Source: Candidatus Nanoarchaeia archaeon (GTDB taxonomy: Archaea; Nanobdellota; Nanobdellia; Woesearchaeales; DATDTY01). From it: DNA of 34,494 bases. A program made the position numbers and the translations under genes. A model generated the notes under the pieces. That model was given only the letters and a program-made list of their open reading frames with translations. It had not been told where the DNA came from and did no database searches. This document shows, in pieces, positions 34,374-34,494 of the stretch (the stretch's first letter is position 1; every line of letters starts with the position of its first letter). The stretch lies in contig DATDTY010000028.1 in the NCBI GenBank assembly GCA_035290625.1, positions 1-34,494 on the forward strand, in the 5' to 3' direction.

Positions 34374-34468
34374 GAAAAGCCAGCCAAATAGATTATGGCA
34401 GGCTAGTCTGCCATAGACTTCTGTTCGTATGGTTCTGGCTTTTCTGGAGCTTACGCTACTCCCGTAGC
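34374..34468. repeat. Long imperfect hairpin plus small hairpin in non-coding DNA
   Basis: GAAAAGCCAG(34374-83)/CTGGCTTTTC(34435-44) encloses AATAGA/TCTGTT and TATGGCAG(34394-401)/CTGCCATA(34408-15). GCTAC-TCCC-GTAGC follows, then a T run. Confidence 0.7.
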
Positions 34469-34494
34469 ACCTTTTTATACTGCTGTTGCCCGAT

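Noticed and set aside
1..34494. CRISPR array, rRNA, integrase or transposase
   Set aside because: No regularly spaced repeat-spacer series, rRNA-like tract or recombinase motifs were seen.

Overview
Gene-dense archaeal chromosomal segment. It carries archaeal-type ftsZ...secE-spt5-rpl11, DTD2, Ogg2, HerA and the oapABC/arvABC triplet, and most genes have a BRE/TATA box about 21-23 nt upstream of the ATG. The gene mix suggests a DPANN (Woesearchaeota-like) genome, but that assignment is inference. The window also holds purC (partial), purB, an AT-rich ArsR/Met-rich/DsrE stress cluster with a MazEF-type pair, yjjX, trmB, acs, tRNA-Pro(CGG), polX-PHP, a SLOG protein, bacterial-type glgC, cmk, slyD, a hicBA cassette, a P-type IIA ATPase, a HAD hydrolase and an AI-2E transporter. 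Most striking: (1) a full RpoD-like sigma-70 protein (regions 1.2-2-3-4) with extra N-terminal HTHs and two extra region-4-like repeats, under an archaeal TATA promoter; (2) a 486-aa ORFan that aligns by eye to the N-terminal half of RelA/SpoT with degenerate catalytic motifs; (3) a hicBA cassette bounded by a duplication of the ftsZ 3' end; (4) a two-TM microprotein ending in an AT-hook; (5) a dense palindrome cluster with TAAA-loop hairpins. No CRISPR array, rRNA, integrase or transposase was seen. All family calls come from motif recognition by eye; no searches were run.
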